NCBI GenBank assembly: GCA_977030845.1
Contig: OZ365115.1
Span: forward strand, 31,248,001-31,312,000
Reading direction: 5' to 3'
DNA: 64,000 nt
Source: Fimbriosthenelais zetlandica
Taxonomy: Eukaryota
The position numbers were made by a program, and so were the translations under genes. Below, in pieces: positions 25,446-38,136 of this stretch; the first letter of the stretch is position 1; the number at the start of each line of letters is the position of its first letter. The notes beneath the pieces were generated by a model, which saw nothing but the letters and a program-made list of their open reading frames with translations, was not told the origin of the DNA and ran no database searches.

Positions 25446-26714
25446 CACACTCACTGTTTCCAGTGGTCGGGCAGCAGGGAAGCAGCAAGTGGAGTGAGGG
25501 CAATGCAATGAGTGCCAGTCTTCAGCAGTGGCAGGACTGGCTTGTGAGGAGGGAGGGGCACTCTGTCACAAGCATTTATGTAAGCTTTTATGTACATACA
25601 TGTACAATGTCTACTGCATGCTATGTTTGAATCAGGGTGTTCTCCACGGGTTCAGTATGGGAAACATTTTGGTCAGCAGACATACATTTCCATTGTTAAC
25701 AATGAGCACCAATTCAACAATGAGTACCTAATTTTTTTTTGTAAATTCTAAGTTCTTTGCATTTCCTAAAATACCAATTGAATGAATGGGGAAAGTAAAT
25801 CATCTTTCAAAAGACCCTATTTTATATGAAGTACCCCAACCCCAGTCTAGTCTATGGGAACACAGGCCGTATATGGGCATGGCCGGTCACGGTTGGGAGT
25901 TGAGAGGCGGACTGGGAGGGGGGCAGGGGAAGGGGAAGGGGGAAGCAGCCGGGCAGGGGTTTCCCACAACCAGTATAAGGTGCTACCCCCCATAAAAAAG
26001 TAGGTCATGCGTCACGTGCCCTTAGCTGCCCCCACCCAGTACGTGTCTACACAATATCAGCAAGGCCAAGAAAAAGGAATAGTGGGTTAATGGAACAATA
26101 CGTAAAGGAAATTGACTAAAGGGTAACCGTAAATATATATCCACCAGCACTTAAAGTAATAGCAATCTGTCCTAATAATGAAAGACTTGGCTTGTGGACA
26201 AATTGTCTTCCCAAAGCATTAGAAATCAATATCTTCCAGTCCAAATATTGGACTGAATTTTATGAAGGAGCAGACCAGAGAGAATGTAATTATTTACAAA
26301 TTGGGTCTGGCCTGAGGTGTATCACCCGAAGGCGTAAGTGCATAGGCCTAATGAGAAAGCCAAAAAGGTAATAAAAGAACAGGAATGTAGACAGAAAACA
26401 ATAAATCACGCTTTCTTCAAATTTAAAATAAAATGTGGGACACCTTATTCTCAGGTCCTGCAGGATGTCTTATTTTAACATTGTCCTAACATAACATTAG
26501 AGACTAACAAAACAGATTTTTATAAAACATAATTTAAAAATTCAAATAGCCACAATTATATTCGGATAATCCAAATTAATGTGTACCATAGATCATGATA
26601 TGGCACCGATAGACACCGATTCAGACCATATGATGAATCGCTACTGGGAGGGAAATAAGAAAAATCCCTTAAAGATTGGGATGATTAACTGGTTCATACT
26701 GTGACCAAGTCTAA

Positions 26715-26960
26715 TGGGAAAGAAACGTCTGAGTGATGTATCGACCAGGAGTCCAACAGGGAACTGGGAATTGTACCTTTGTTATTCAGTCCCTAGCTCG
26801 GATCAGATTACTCAAATGAGGATAGCGTTTCCTTCAATATACTGCAACACAGACAATAGATTAGGAAGAACTACATCAGTCTATTTAAGTTCCTCCATCA
26901 GATGCAGTCTAAATATGCTACTGATAGTCACCAGCATCTCCAATGAGGGTTTCGCAAGGC
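26715..26960 (+). pseudogene. Heavily degraded LINE reverse-transcriptase fragment
   Basis: Frameshifted pieces GKETSE*CI / GVQQGT / LGIVPLLF resemble the RT motif GV.QG..L.PLLF, followed by KYATD (YADD-like). Confidence 0.3.
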
Positions 26961-29665
26961 AAGATAAGGGGCCCCTGGGCTTCTGCTAGTCTATAAATTA
27001 TATAATTATTTCTACCATCATCAAAATTAAATAGTTTTTACGAGCGTTCAAATGATAGTGATAAGATAATATGAAACTGATAGCTTTATAAATGGTTCGT
27101 CTATTTGATCTATTCAATATCGAGGGTGAAAACCTGACAACCATTTAAAAGAAATGCGCAGGTTGGAATATTTGTCGGACAATTACCAAAAAAGGTCATT
27201 ATTTACGTTTTCCTGCATTTTTTAATACTTGTCAAATTAAACCTCTATTTTGACAGAGGACCTGTTCATTTACTCATATCTCATGTGAAATATTGTCAAC
27301 ATGTGTATTGGAATGAATGTGTAAGCACACACAACACACACACCCTCTCTGACCTCTTGTCAGCAGGCTGTCATAACATGCTTTATTTAGAAAACTTTGG
27401 TGTGGATATGAATTTTAATTGTCCCTGCCTGCATGGTTACAGATAAATAAGGCAATCAATAATAACTCTGTCAATATCAGAGAGGCTGTATTAGTTAAAG
27501 AGGGGATTAAACAGGCAAAACACCGGCCACAAACACCCCCGATCCACTGTGTGTGAGATCACAAGTGGAAGTTTTAAAACTTTTTTTTTACTCTCAATGG
27601 AAAATTTATGAGCCTAGATTAGGGACATGCAGGGTGAACTTTTGGTGAAATACATCAAAGTCAAACTGAATCTAACTTGATCTTTTTATCATATCAACTG
27701 CTTTTACTAGGGCAAATCTTTTTCTCTTCCTTTCGTTTTTATCCCCATTTCCTTCTCATTTATTTTAGTCACAGTGGGAGGTGAACGACATCTATAATCA
27801 CTGTACAATAGTACACACGGCAACATTTCACTTTGTTCCATTTTGACCCGTTTTTTGGACTTCTTCCAACACAGACAACACGTCAAGTTCACTGGAGCGT
27901 GAATCACTCCACACAATATCAATAATTATCTCTATTAAAGGAGGAAATGGAAGCTCTTTACGAGTGATTTCAGTCCAAATTCAAATAAAATATGTCCATC
28001 AATTTGGCTCCAAGATGGGTAATTATTTTTTTATAATTGTTGAAATTTAATTTAAATTGCCCATTTCCTTATAAACAAGTAATTTCCAAATCATTCTCCA
28101 TTAAATATATATTAGCGGTAAATGTCATCTTAAATGCCATATATATTACACACATGCAGAAGAAAGTTTATGACATTATTTTCACATCAGATAGTGGTAA
28201 GCACTGTTTCCTCAGAAACACCTAAGGCATTTAAAAAACTATTAAAATCTAATAGTTATTGGCTACCAGAAGCACCACATTATATAATAGGCGACATGTG
28301 TTCTCTAATCAGACTTATTGTTGCCCGGTGACGTAATGACCAGGGCTGTGACGTCATGAGCGTCTGGCCTGGCATGATTAGGTCATGGGTTATGTGATTT
28401 ATATTATTGCCATGTGTCAATGAACGCCTGTGATAAGAGGAGGTCTCCTGAACTGACATCAGACTGTTATAGATTATTTCAATTATCAATATCAAGGGAC
28501 ATTAATTTTTAGCAGCCGTTGGAACTCAGTTCTATAAATATCATATTATCAAATATCAACATTCCCAGAAGCATTTAGCAACAGCCACCAAATCAGGAAT
28601 ATATATGAGATAAAACAGCTTGCTATCCAATTGCTTGCCATTTTCATTGGTACTGGGAAGATATTGGCTCAGTACCGCCATCTGGTCCTGATCTGTGAAC
28701 TAATTTTGGCATTGTGCCTGGGACTGGCCCCCCTTTCTCTGTCCTACTCACATAGGCAGTGGAAAGGTAAAAGGCAAACATAAGAACGCCTGCAGATACT
28801 GCCTTTTGCCTTTGAATGGCATATACAATCCCTTTATCCAGCACATTATACATGTACCAGAGTTATGCCAACTTATGGCTCAATTTATATTGAACAAAAT
28901 ATATGTGGTGCTTAAAAAATGTTTTATACATGCTCAGATCCCCTGGGTTTAAAGTGACCCAGATTTAGCCATATAAGGGCGTTCACTTACAATCTCATTT
29001 GCTATGCAGAGGATAGAGCTTTCTGCGGGATGTTTTAGCATCGTGGGAAATCAAACTGGATGTTTTAAGTCATATTAGGAGTGATGGAAGAGTGTTAGGG
29101 AAGGGCTGCATTTGGGAAAAGACTCGCGTTTTGCATACAGTTCTTTGTTTCAGGAGAGAATAAAATAAGTGGGCAATTTATCATGGTGAAAGGTGTCAAT
29201 ACTCGTGGAATTTAAAAAAAAATATGCAGAGCCACTAAAGTAAGCCACTAAGTAATGCTATGCTAGTTCTGGAGAGATTGGACCATAATATTGGAAGGGG
29301 TAGGCTATATAGAATCAATAAAATAGGCTCCCTATAAATTAATGCTGCATGTTAGGCCCAAGGTTTTAAACATGAAAGATAAAAAATGCTAATTTAACAG
29401 AACTAATCTCACTAATATAGTTCTCATCACGGGCACTCTCCTACATTTGAATAATTGATGCTCACTAATGTAACTTGTAATGAGTAATTAACATAACTAG
29501 CACGTAATTAGGTCACACCAGAAAAGGCCCCTGAACAGGCAATAATCTTCTAATTTCCTAACTCTATACCTCATTTGGGAATATAATGTTTGCATTGTAT
29601 AAAAAATAGCAATTTCAAAAGTATCATTCCCTGAATGAGGGACTATTGAATGGATTAAAGAGCGA

Positions 29666-29730
29666 TTGGATTGATGGATGAATGAATGAATGAATGAATG
29701 AATGCTTATAGAATGGTGCCTGAATGAATG
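29666..29730 (+). repeat. (GAAT)n microsatellite
   Basis: Six perfect GAAT units 29680-29703 with degenerate GGAT flanks. Confidence 0.9.
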
Positions 29731-30565
29731 TGAATATGGAATTGTTGATTTGTTGATTAAATGGAAATTGAAAATGAAGTGGAAATTTCCAGAAAGTTAA
29801 AATCAAGTCTCGGAAATGTTGCCAGTCGTGACTAATTAAAGTTCAATGTGTGAAGTTAAATAGTCGTGTAAAATGGTGCTAACTGGAGAGCGGCCTGCCG
29901 CGCGTGCTGCAAATCACCAAGTAAATTCATTTCCCCGAAAAAAAATAACTTGCCGTACAAGAGCTGAACGACCGTCAAATATCTACAGTGTCTCACCTCC
30001 TGGATGGAATGGTTTTACAGTAAAATATTGTTTAATATGTCAAATTAATTTAATAATTGATAGAAGCTCCAGGGCTTTCCTAATTTTGTTCACCGTTAAT
30101 TTTATTTAGTTCTCACAGAGCATAGAAGTCACCATGCTTCATGTTTTTTATCAACTTTTATTTACATTAATTCTTTTAGATTACCCACAGCTCCCTCCCG
30201 GACCAGACTTTAAAAAGACCAGATCAAAGACTTCCATTTTAACCCAATCATTCTCTTTCATCATTTGTTGCGTTTGGCCCAGAGCCAGTCCTTTGACAAA
30301 GAACAAGGTTTTACTTCATGGATCATTTTAACATACGTAAAAAGTTGATAGTAGCTAATCACATGTTAATTGGCCTTTTTTTCTTACACTCTCCCCCTTC
30401 ATCTCTTTCATGTAATTCGTGATATTCATGGTATAGTAGGAAATATCGGGTTATAGATTCGACCTGCTTCTGTTCACCAAACACTATAGGCCTAATATAC
30501 ATTGCATACTCTAAGGTTTTAGTTTCTAGATAGATTTGACGAAAAAGATTCCAAAGTAAAATGCT

Positions 30566-30890
30566 AAGGATGGATGGATAAATGGGTGAGTGGGTGAATG
30601 AATGGATGGGTCAATGGATGAGTGGTGAATGGATGGATAGATATAGATGAATGAATGATAATTGGTGCATTGGGTAGGTGTGGATGGCTGGATGGATAAA
30701 TGGATAGACGACTGGATGATGGACGGGTGAATTGGGCCGGAGGGTGTGAGGTGGGTTGGTGGATGGACGGATGGATTAAAGGATGAATGATGAATTCCCA
30801 ATCCTGTCCATCATTATGTGTATTGGATGGCTCTCCATGACATTAGAGTTGGATATCTAATTGAATGAATGGACGGGTGAATAAATAGTT
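30566..30890 (+). repeat. Degenerate (GGAT/GAAT)n tetranucleotide repeat
   Basis: Repeated ggatggat/gaatgaat/gggtgaat units; source of the IHPSI-type ORF on the minus strand. Confidence 0.85.
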
Positions 30891-33729
30891 ACCATAAATG
30901 AGTTAAATCGCTTACAGTCTGGCACATATCCATGTGCCTTGCTGGTGATTCACACCTCCCGCGCCTCATCTAATAACCTCAGCTACAATTAACTCATTAC
31001 ATGCTAATTAATGTCACTGCTAATTGCCCAGGTACATGTCACAACCTGCAATATATGGCGCCTCACTCCAAAAGAACAGAAAAAGATAAAATGAGATACT
31101 TTATATTATATTATCTAATGTTGCCAGTTGAGTGTATGATAAAAGGATACTCAACACCTTTAACATGAAAATATTCTTATTCTCCTTTTATCAACAGATA
31201 AGGATGACAAGTTAATCCAGGTGAGGACATGACACATGACACTCTTACACTTTGACAATTAAGTAAAAATAGGTGAAAAGTCCTTACAGGGCATTCATTG
31301 ATAGGTGCTTTTATGGCCTTTGTTTTCTAACTTATCAGAGGCATGATTTTAATGAGGTAAGAATTCTTACATCTGAGTGGATATAATCTTGAAATGGGAT
31401 TTTTTTTCACACGTTTACTTGAAAAATGAAAGCAAAATAATTGATGATAACAGTGCATTCATACACTGCATCAAACACAGATATCGGAGCACATTAAAAT
31501 GCAAAATTAATCTTAACTTAGGAAATAAACTACTCATAATTATTAATCGATTTATCTTGTCAGATTATCATGAGTGGAACAAGCCCTTAACAACATCAAG
31601 GAATTGCACACATATACCACTTATTCCCCATAGTGAGTTCGTGAAGCCTCGGGCACTACATGGGTACCAAGAAAAGTGACCTGTGTTCAGATGGCATCAG
31701 TGAATATTCCACAGCCCCGGGTAATTCTTTGTAATAGAGGAGAGGGAACATAATATATGATTGTGATGACCTATAGGAATTCCAGGCTGCTATAAATGGC
31801 CATATTAATCAAAGGCAACACCAATAAAAGATGAGCATGCCTCCAGGCCAGAATATAAGCTACCGTCTTTCTACAATTAATAATTAAGACAAACTTTGCA
31901 AGAGACAAACCAAGCAACTGCCAGCAATGGTTATCATATCTTATGCTTAAGAAAATTTTCAAATATAAATTCTCCAGTACACTTTCCCATCTAGCTATTT
32001 ATTCTAGAATTGTATATCATGATCCTGATGTCATGGTCTGTAGTGCACCCCAAAATAGCAACTCCCTCGCAAAAAGAATATAATAGAGTTCATTTTATGA
32101 AGGAAATTATGTGAAAATATCCAAGACCAAGTGGCCACCATGTATGGTACTCATCTGCGAGGTACATATATAGAGATGATAACCTGTAGCCAGTCAGATT
32201 GATGAGAATGTTGCCTAAGGCTGACCCCGACCCACAACACAAGCTTCTTGATCTATCGTCTGCAGGGCTTTCTGCAGGCAAACAAGAAATTCTCATCATA
32301 GAGAGCCTGTATATGGGACGAAAATATAGCCTTGTCCCACTCCATTTTCAGATTTATTACCTCAATTTTTTGTCTTATATTTTCCTATTATTTAAAATAA
32401 TTATGAATAATCATTTAAATAAAAATCAAAGACTTTTCAGTGCCCCACGGACATCCCATACATAATTTCTGAATCATTCGAGGCATAAAATCAAGCACTG
32501 TGGGAAAAACTAAGTAGGGGGGAACTCGCATGTAATTTAAAGGCAAGAGGCTAAGAGACATGCAGCCAGTATAAATACACCCACCCGGAATCACATTGTA
32601 TATGTCACTGTTGAAATATCACCTAATAACAAAAGAGGGGAAGAATGTAACATTAGCCAGACACCAGGGGGTTTATGTACCCCTAGAGAGACAGGGGAAT
32701 GAGAGACATCATACTTACATCTCTACATTCCCCTCTGTTTATTCGCCCTGTTTGCATGCATTATAAAAGGCCCGCATGACAACACAGATGTCATGACTAA
32801 ATAAACGCCATTATATACCGAGATATGGTGTGTGAGAAGACCCCACAATGTGGCACTCATGTAACTACTAGTACACCCAACTATCAGTAATCGGAGTATC
32901 TCCACAAAAAAGGCATATAAAACTAAAACATAATTTGAGTCTATTTAATTTTACCCCAACCCAAATGGAAATATATTCATGAAAGTTTTATCAGAAAAAT
33001 TAAGCATTTTACTGACCACAAATCAGAGGATAGTTTCATTGGTTAGCTGGCAGTTTTAAACAGTGCATAAAAATACACAAAGAATAAAACAAGTTAAAAA
33101 CGAGGGTTGGTGGAGTAAAAACAGAACAGGATGGGACGGTTGACAACCTACATTACCCGAGAGGGAAACGGTCCTGTTTATATTTAGATGAAATAGGATG
33201 GAAACCTAACCTAGATGGGAAATCAAACAAAAATGTGGATCTAAAAGCTACAGTACATATAAATACTACATAACATTTAAGGCGGGGGGATATTCCTTGC
33301 GTTATTTCTCCATGGCAAATATCTGAGTTCTAAAGAAATGAATATTTGCACAGAAAAAAGCTTTTATAGAAATGGGTATATATATTAGAAATGGGCCAAG
33401 TGTCTGAGTAGATTGGGCGTAGTGTACAGTGGAATATGATTCATGTGATAAAAGTAAGAAGAGTGGGACCTACATAGTACTAATAGTAGTATATATCATT
33501 CATTATCTTTATCATATTGGAGGCACATACCGTCATTCCATATCTGTCTAGTGTACAGTACTTGTAGGGGTTAAACTTACACCAGAAATATACAGACTTT
33601 AACCATAGAACCTATGCTTTAACCAACATAATAAAAACACTATTAATAGTATTTGATATAAAATTATTGGTATGAATTAATTGACTTGGGCTTCTAACTT
33701 TGGGTCTCGAATCCTTTGGTAAATAAATA

Positions 33730-35010
33730 TTTTTTTTGTTACATCTAATTTATTCAGGAGGTGCATATAACAAGATCAATATACAACAAGTGGCCTCAGG
33801 TTACAATGACCCTGGTCTTCCGACCACTTCCTGACCACATACATAGAGGGGAAAAAATAGATGCATCGAGGACATGAGTAAAAATATTGAACAATTAGAT
33901 TTCAATATGCAGTTTAAAAGTAAGCGATATGTTTAAAAGTCAGGATGTCAACAGCTAGTCAGTTATAAAGAGTTAGGAGTCATGCGGGATTCAGGCATTT
34001 CCGGGTATATATATACACTTATTCATCCAAGGAAACACGCACAGACAGACATAACAACGACATACAGATTAACACAATTCACAATTTACAAATTACACAC
34101 AGATTATGTCAAGGTGAGAAAACGGAATATGTTAGACAACTTGACAACATGCAGACATGGAACATAATATATACATCAATATTTACAATAATATGTACAA
34201 TTTAAACGTGTATTGAGATCAACACATTCATATGGTGAATTAGGCGTACTTGCAGACACAATAGTTGGGGTGGATAAGATGAGGAACAGATCACATTGAT
34301 ATATAGAGTGATGAGTACATAAAGGAAGCAGACCAACAAGTGGAAATATGGAAATCGGATACAGATTTTTAGTCAGGAAAACAATTTTGGGTGAGGTAGG
34401 CTTTTAACCGGGATTTAAAGCAATCCGGATCAGCAATAATTCGTAGGGCAACAGGAAGTGAATTCCAAGTATCGACAGAGGTAAATGGGAGTGATTTCGA
34501 GACAAATGATGAGATAGGGATGGGAAGCTTTAAAAGAGGAGCAGCATTTATTCTAGTTGGGACACCATGATCGACGATATAGTTGGTAGCACACTGATCG
34601 ACATATATGAACCGATGGGCGTTTTTTAATAGATTAAACTTGGCTCTGTAATCAAGGGTGAGCAGGTTTGCCGCCTTATGGAGAGCAATGGTTGGCGTGG
34701 TTTTATTGGATAAGGTACAAATACGTAGAGCCCTATTCTGCAGTCTCTGGAGTTTTATGAACATATGAGCCGGACACACATTAAAACAGAAAAGAGAGTA
34801 GTCAATTAGAGGTAATAAGAATGTTTTATAGAGTTGTATCGCCGTGCATTTACTCATATTATGTCTGATCAGATGAAGGAGATGAAGTTTGCAGTTCACT
34901 GTATTAGAGATTTTCGTAATGGCGTCTTTAAAGTTTAGACAACAGTCTAGTCTTATACCAAGGTAATCAAATTTATCTACCCAATGACACTTATCCCTGC
35001 CAATACAGGT
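33730..35010 (-). mobile_element. 5'-truncated non-LTR retrotransposon (L2/Crack/CR1 group), 3' end of RT ORF plus 3'UTR
   Basis: Stop-free frame 35010->34369: VDKFDYLGIRLDCCLNF (late RT motif), YKTFLLPLIDY, KLQRLQNRALR, WNSLP....FK.RLK. Then ~620 nt UTR, AATAAA (33754-33749) and an A8 tail (33737-33730). No TSD identified. Confidence 0.85.
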
Positions 35011-36449
35011 CTATATTATCTGTCTAAAGAAAGAAGTCGGTTAGATTTAGTACAGACCTAATAAAGTCTACACTTTCTCATGACTTACTTTGAGTGTTGG
35101 GAAGTGTAGAGTAAATCCAGACTTAGAGGTAGTGTATGTGCCACTGTACTGACCTAATCCTATTTGTCCTAATGATAAAACATTGCACCGATATCGATCT
35201 CCAGTGTCAGATACCTCCCACCAACAGCCTCTCCCAGAATGTACAATACTTACATACCTGACCCACTACACACTGACAAAGACAGGACCATTCTCTAGAT
35301 CAACCAACTGTCCAGAAAACCTACATCCCAGAAACACTATGCATGGCTAGAATATAAATTATTCCAAATGTTTTATATGGTAAGTCCTAAGGTACCTAGC
35401 CTAATATATGCTGGAAACATGGTCGTTTCTGAATTAACATAATATATTTCAAAGGAAAAATGAAAGTAATGATGAAATATAATCTGGTACATGTTCGGAA
35501 TCATTTTACCACTGTTTGCCATGGAAGAAAAAAGTGGTGAAGTGCTTGGAGGAAGTAATAGAGGGAGAGGACCGTTATCCATGGTATTGATTGTATGCTA
35601 TGGGCTTTAGTATCACAGTATTAGAGATAATCGCTGCTATATCGCGGGTCAATAACACTTTCTGGTTTTATCAGATTTACTACAAACACATCAACGTCTG
35701 CAACTGGGATGTGAGGCCAATAAAATCAACCTTAAACAGGAAATCAATATTCCATCAAATATCAGTCTATCGTACAGTAAATTATGGACAATTACATTTT
35801 AATAGATTTTATACAGACAAATCACTATTTGGGCAGGTGTTACAGTTTCAGCCAATCAATTTTTTGATGCAAAATCGAAATGAGCAGGACCCGTTATTAA
35901 ACATTTAAATGTAACACTGAAAACCGTTTTACTCATTCCCGCAAGATCATTTATACCAAAGATTTTTAGTTTCTATTGAAAATTCAAGTCAGTCTGGCAA
36001 CTCATCAATTGGTTTCCCAGGAGTCACTCTGTGTACCTAATTACCAGCTTAAGTCTAAATCGGTCCATTGATATTTAACATTCATACATTCATTTCCCTC
36101 TGGATCAGGTTGTAGTGGTGGTACATTTCCTGGACCACACATCGAGGGACCAGGCCTGGGGGATGTGTAGATATGGATTTCTTGTATTGTCTATAGCTTG
36201 TAGAGAAGGGAAAGCTGGTGGTGACAGCAATGAGCTGGTTTTTCCCTTGTTATGTGATGATTTAATTAGGACTAGTCTCCCATGGTAGGAGGGGTTTGTG
36301 ATTGTTTGCTGAGAGCTGAGTCCAACATCCATAATAAGCGCCTTGTCAATATGACATTTCAACACTGCGTAGACTTGCTACCGTCCATTACTGTTTAACT
36401 GAACATTGGTTCATTTGCATGTAACATTACATTTAATCAGTGAATAGTT

Positions 36450-36715
36450 GCTTAACGTCCAGTCAGCAATTCTTCAGTTATCTCTGGACCAGAAGGAAAA
36501 ACGTTGTTGGCTTGGTCGTCTCGAATGGCAGCAATGGTTCTTTTACATGCCTCTAACCATAGACAGTGGGGGACAAGACTGACCTTTGATATCCCAGTTA
36601 GAGAAAGCAGCATTGAGTTGAAAAGGGGAATTGCAAATTTGGAGGACGCTTTGGGAATTGAACCTGGGACCTCCCATATTCCAGTCGAACACCCACCCAC
36701 CTGAGCCACAGCCCT
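36450..36715 (-). mobile_element. tRNA-derived SINE
   Basis: Minus strand head GGCTGTGGCTCAGGTGG (A-box-like) ... GGTCCCAGGTTCAATTCCC (B box, 36664-36653); body GGCATGTAAAAGAACC; tail GATAACTGAAGAATTGCTGACTGGACGTTAAGC. No intact tRNA cloverleaf apparent. Confidence 0.7.
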
Positions 36716-36817
36716 TTGCTACTACCATCGATTATAGGTCATTTCTGTAACACTAGATTCAACCAGCCATTATCAAATCGCTGATCAATGCTGATACCAA
36801 GATGGGCGATGAATATG

Positions 36818-37003
36818 AAGGAGTAAAGGCTGGAAAAAGCTTGAATCAATATTACATTTTCCAAGACAATATTCCACTCCAAAGCACCATCTCCATCTCA
36901 CTCCCTCACCCGAACCGCACAAACACATTGTGAATCTCTCAAACAAATAAATACTTTAACTGCAGTCTTAATTCAGTTTCCTTGTCTGGAGGCTAATTTC
37001 AAG
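36818..37003 (+). repeat. ~185-bp direct repeat, copy 1
   Basis: AAGGAGTAAAG...CTTGAATCAATATTACAT...AAATACTTTAACTGCAGTCTTAATTCAGTTTCCTTGTCTG...TTTCAAG, repeated at 37956-38136 with scattered substitutions and small indels. Confidence 0.9.
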
Positions 37004-37279
37004 GTTGGGGAAACAAAAATTGATTGACTGAAACTGTAACACCTGCCCAAATAGTGATTTGTCTGTATAAAATCCATTAATGACTGATATTTTGATACTG
37101 TTGATTTCCTTCACACACAACCTTTTCTTCCCCACCTCCCGTTAGGCCTACAGCTAAACTCATTTCCTTATCTCCCATCCACTCCCCAACCCGTGAAAAC
37201 AGTGCAAAACTTGCCACAAACAAACCGGGAAATCATATGAATACTTTAAATTAGTATGCGTTTGGAATATTTACTCTTA

Positions 37280-37900
37280 CGGAACATTGAAAACTCGCCA
37301 CGCTAGAGATCTCGCGACTGGTGCAGGCAGCCATTTGTATTTGGTTCCAATCAACACAGCCAGCGCCCAACACATCAGATCGGATTTCACCCCAAATTAT
37401 CAACATCAACAAGTTAATTTGAACGTCAAACGACGCCTAAATACCTACCGCTATTATTAGTAGACATTCAGATGGAAATTGAGATGTTTTGCTCTTGATT
37501 TCGGGGAAGACAGGGCAGACAAGCGCACAACGCCGGCACCTCGTGCATGATCGAGCCGATGACGTCATACCGAGAGTTGCCGGATGTCGGCTCTGAGACC
37601 GGCATGTAGCGTCAACGAAAATGGGTAATTTACAAAACCAACGAAAACGTCAGCAAAAAACACGGAAATAGAGCAGCATTTATAAAATCAAAGTTTTGCC
37701 ATGGTTGAAAATCAGTTAGGAGTGCCTTGAGAACCACTAGCCTCCAATCCGACATCGACATGATAGTTCGCCCCTTTGTCGACGGTGGCGCATTGGTAGC
37801 GGCGGCCCGGCAGTATTTCGAGCACCAAGTTTCCCCTGACTTGCCACTTTGGGCGCCAATTATGAGGATAAATATGCAAATAAGGGGTGATGTCATGAAG
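37280..37900. promoter_or_regulatory. CpG-rich, promoter-like island
   Basis: Visibly CpG-dense in a CpG-poor background; TCTCGCGA 37310-37317, YY1-like CAAATGGCTG (minus, 37337-37328), CRE TGACGTCA 37560-37567, ETS-like CCGGATGT; minus-strand donor CC|gtaaga at 37281. Confidence 0.45.
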
Positions 37901-37955
37901 GGAGGTTACATACATGTTAATATTTCGATTTGTTAAATCGATTTAAATGTGGAAC

Positions 37956-38136
37956 AAGGAGTAAAGACTGGGAAAAAACTTGAATCAATATTACATATAT
38001 TCTAAGACAATATTCCACTTCAAAGCACATCTCAGTCCCTCACCCAAGCCGCACAAGCACATTGGGAATCTCTCAAAAAGAAAATACTTTAACTGCAGTC
38101 TTAATTCAGTTTCCTTGTCTGTAGGCTGATTTCAAG
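37956..38136 (+). repeat. ~185-bp direct repeat, copy 2
   Basis: Same sequence and orientation as 36818-37003. Confidence 0.9.

Noticed and set aside
24993-25508. 171-aa and 127-aa minus-strand ORFs
   Set aside because: His/Thr/Pro bias comes from the G/T-rich simple repeat; no domain or convincing splice context.
30526-30801. IHPSI-repeat ORF
   Set aside because: Translation of the (GGAT)n microsatellite.
36650-36715. Functional tRNA gene
   Set aside because: A/B boxes are present but there is no proper acceptor or anticodon stem, and it continues into a SINE-like body.
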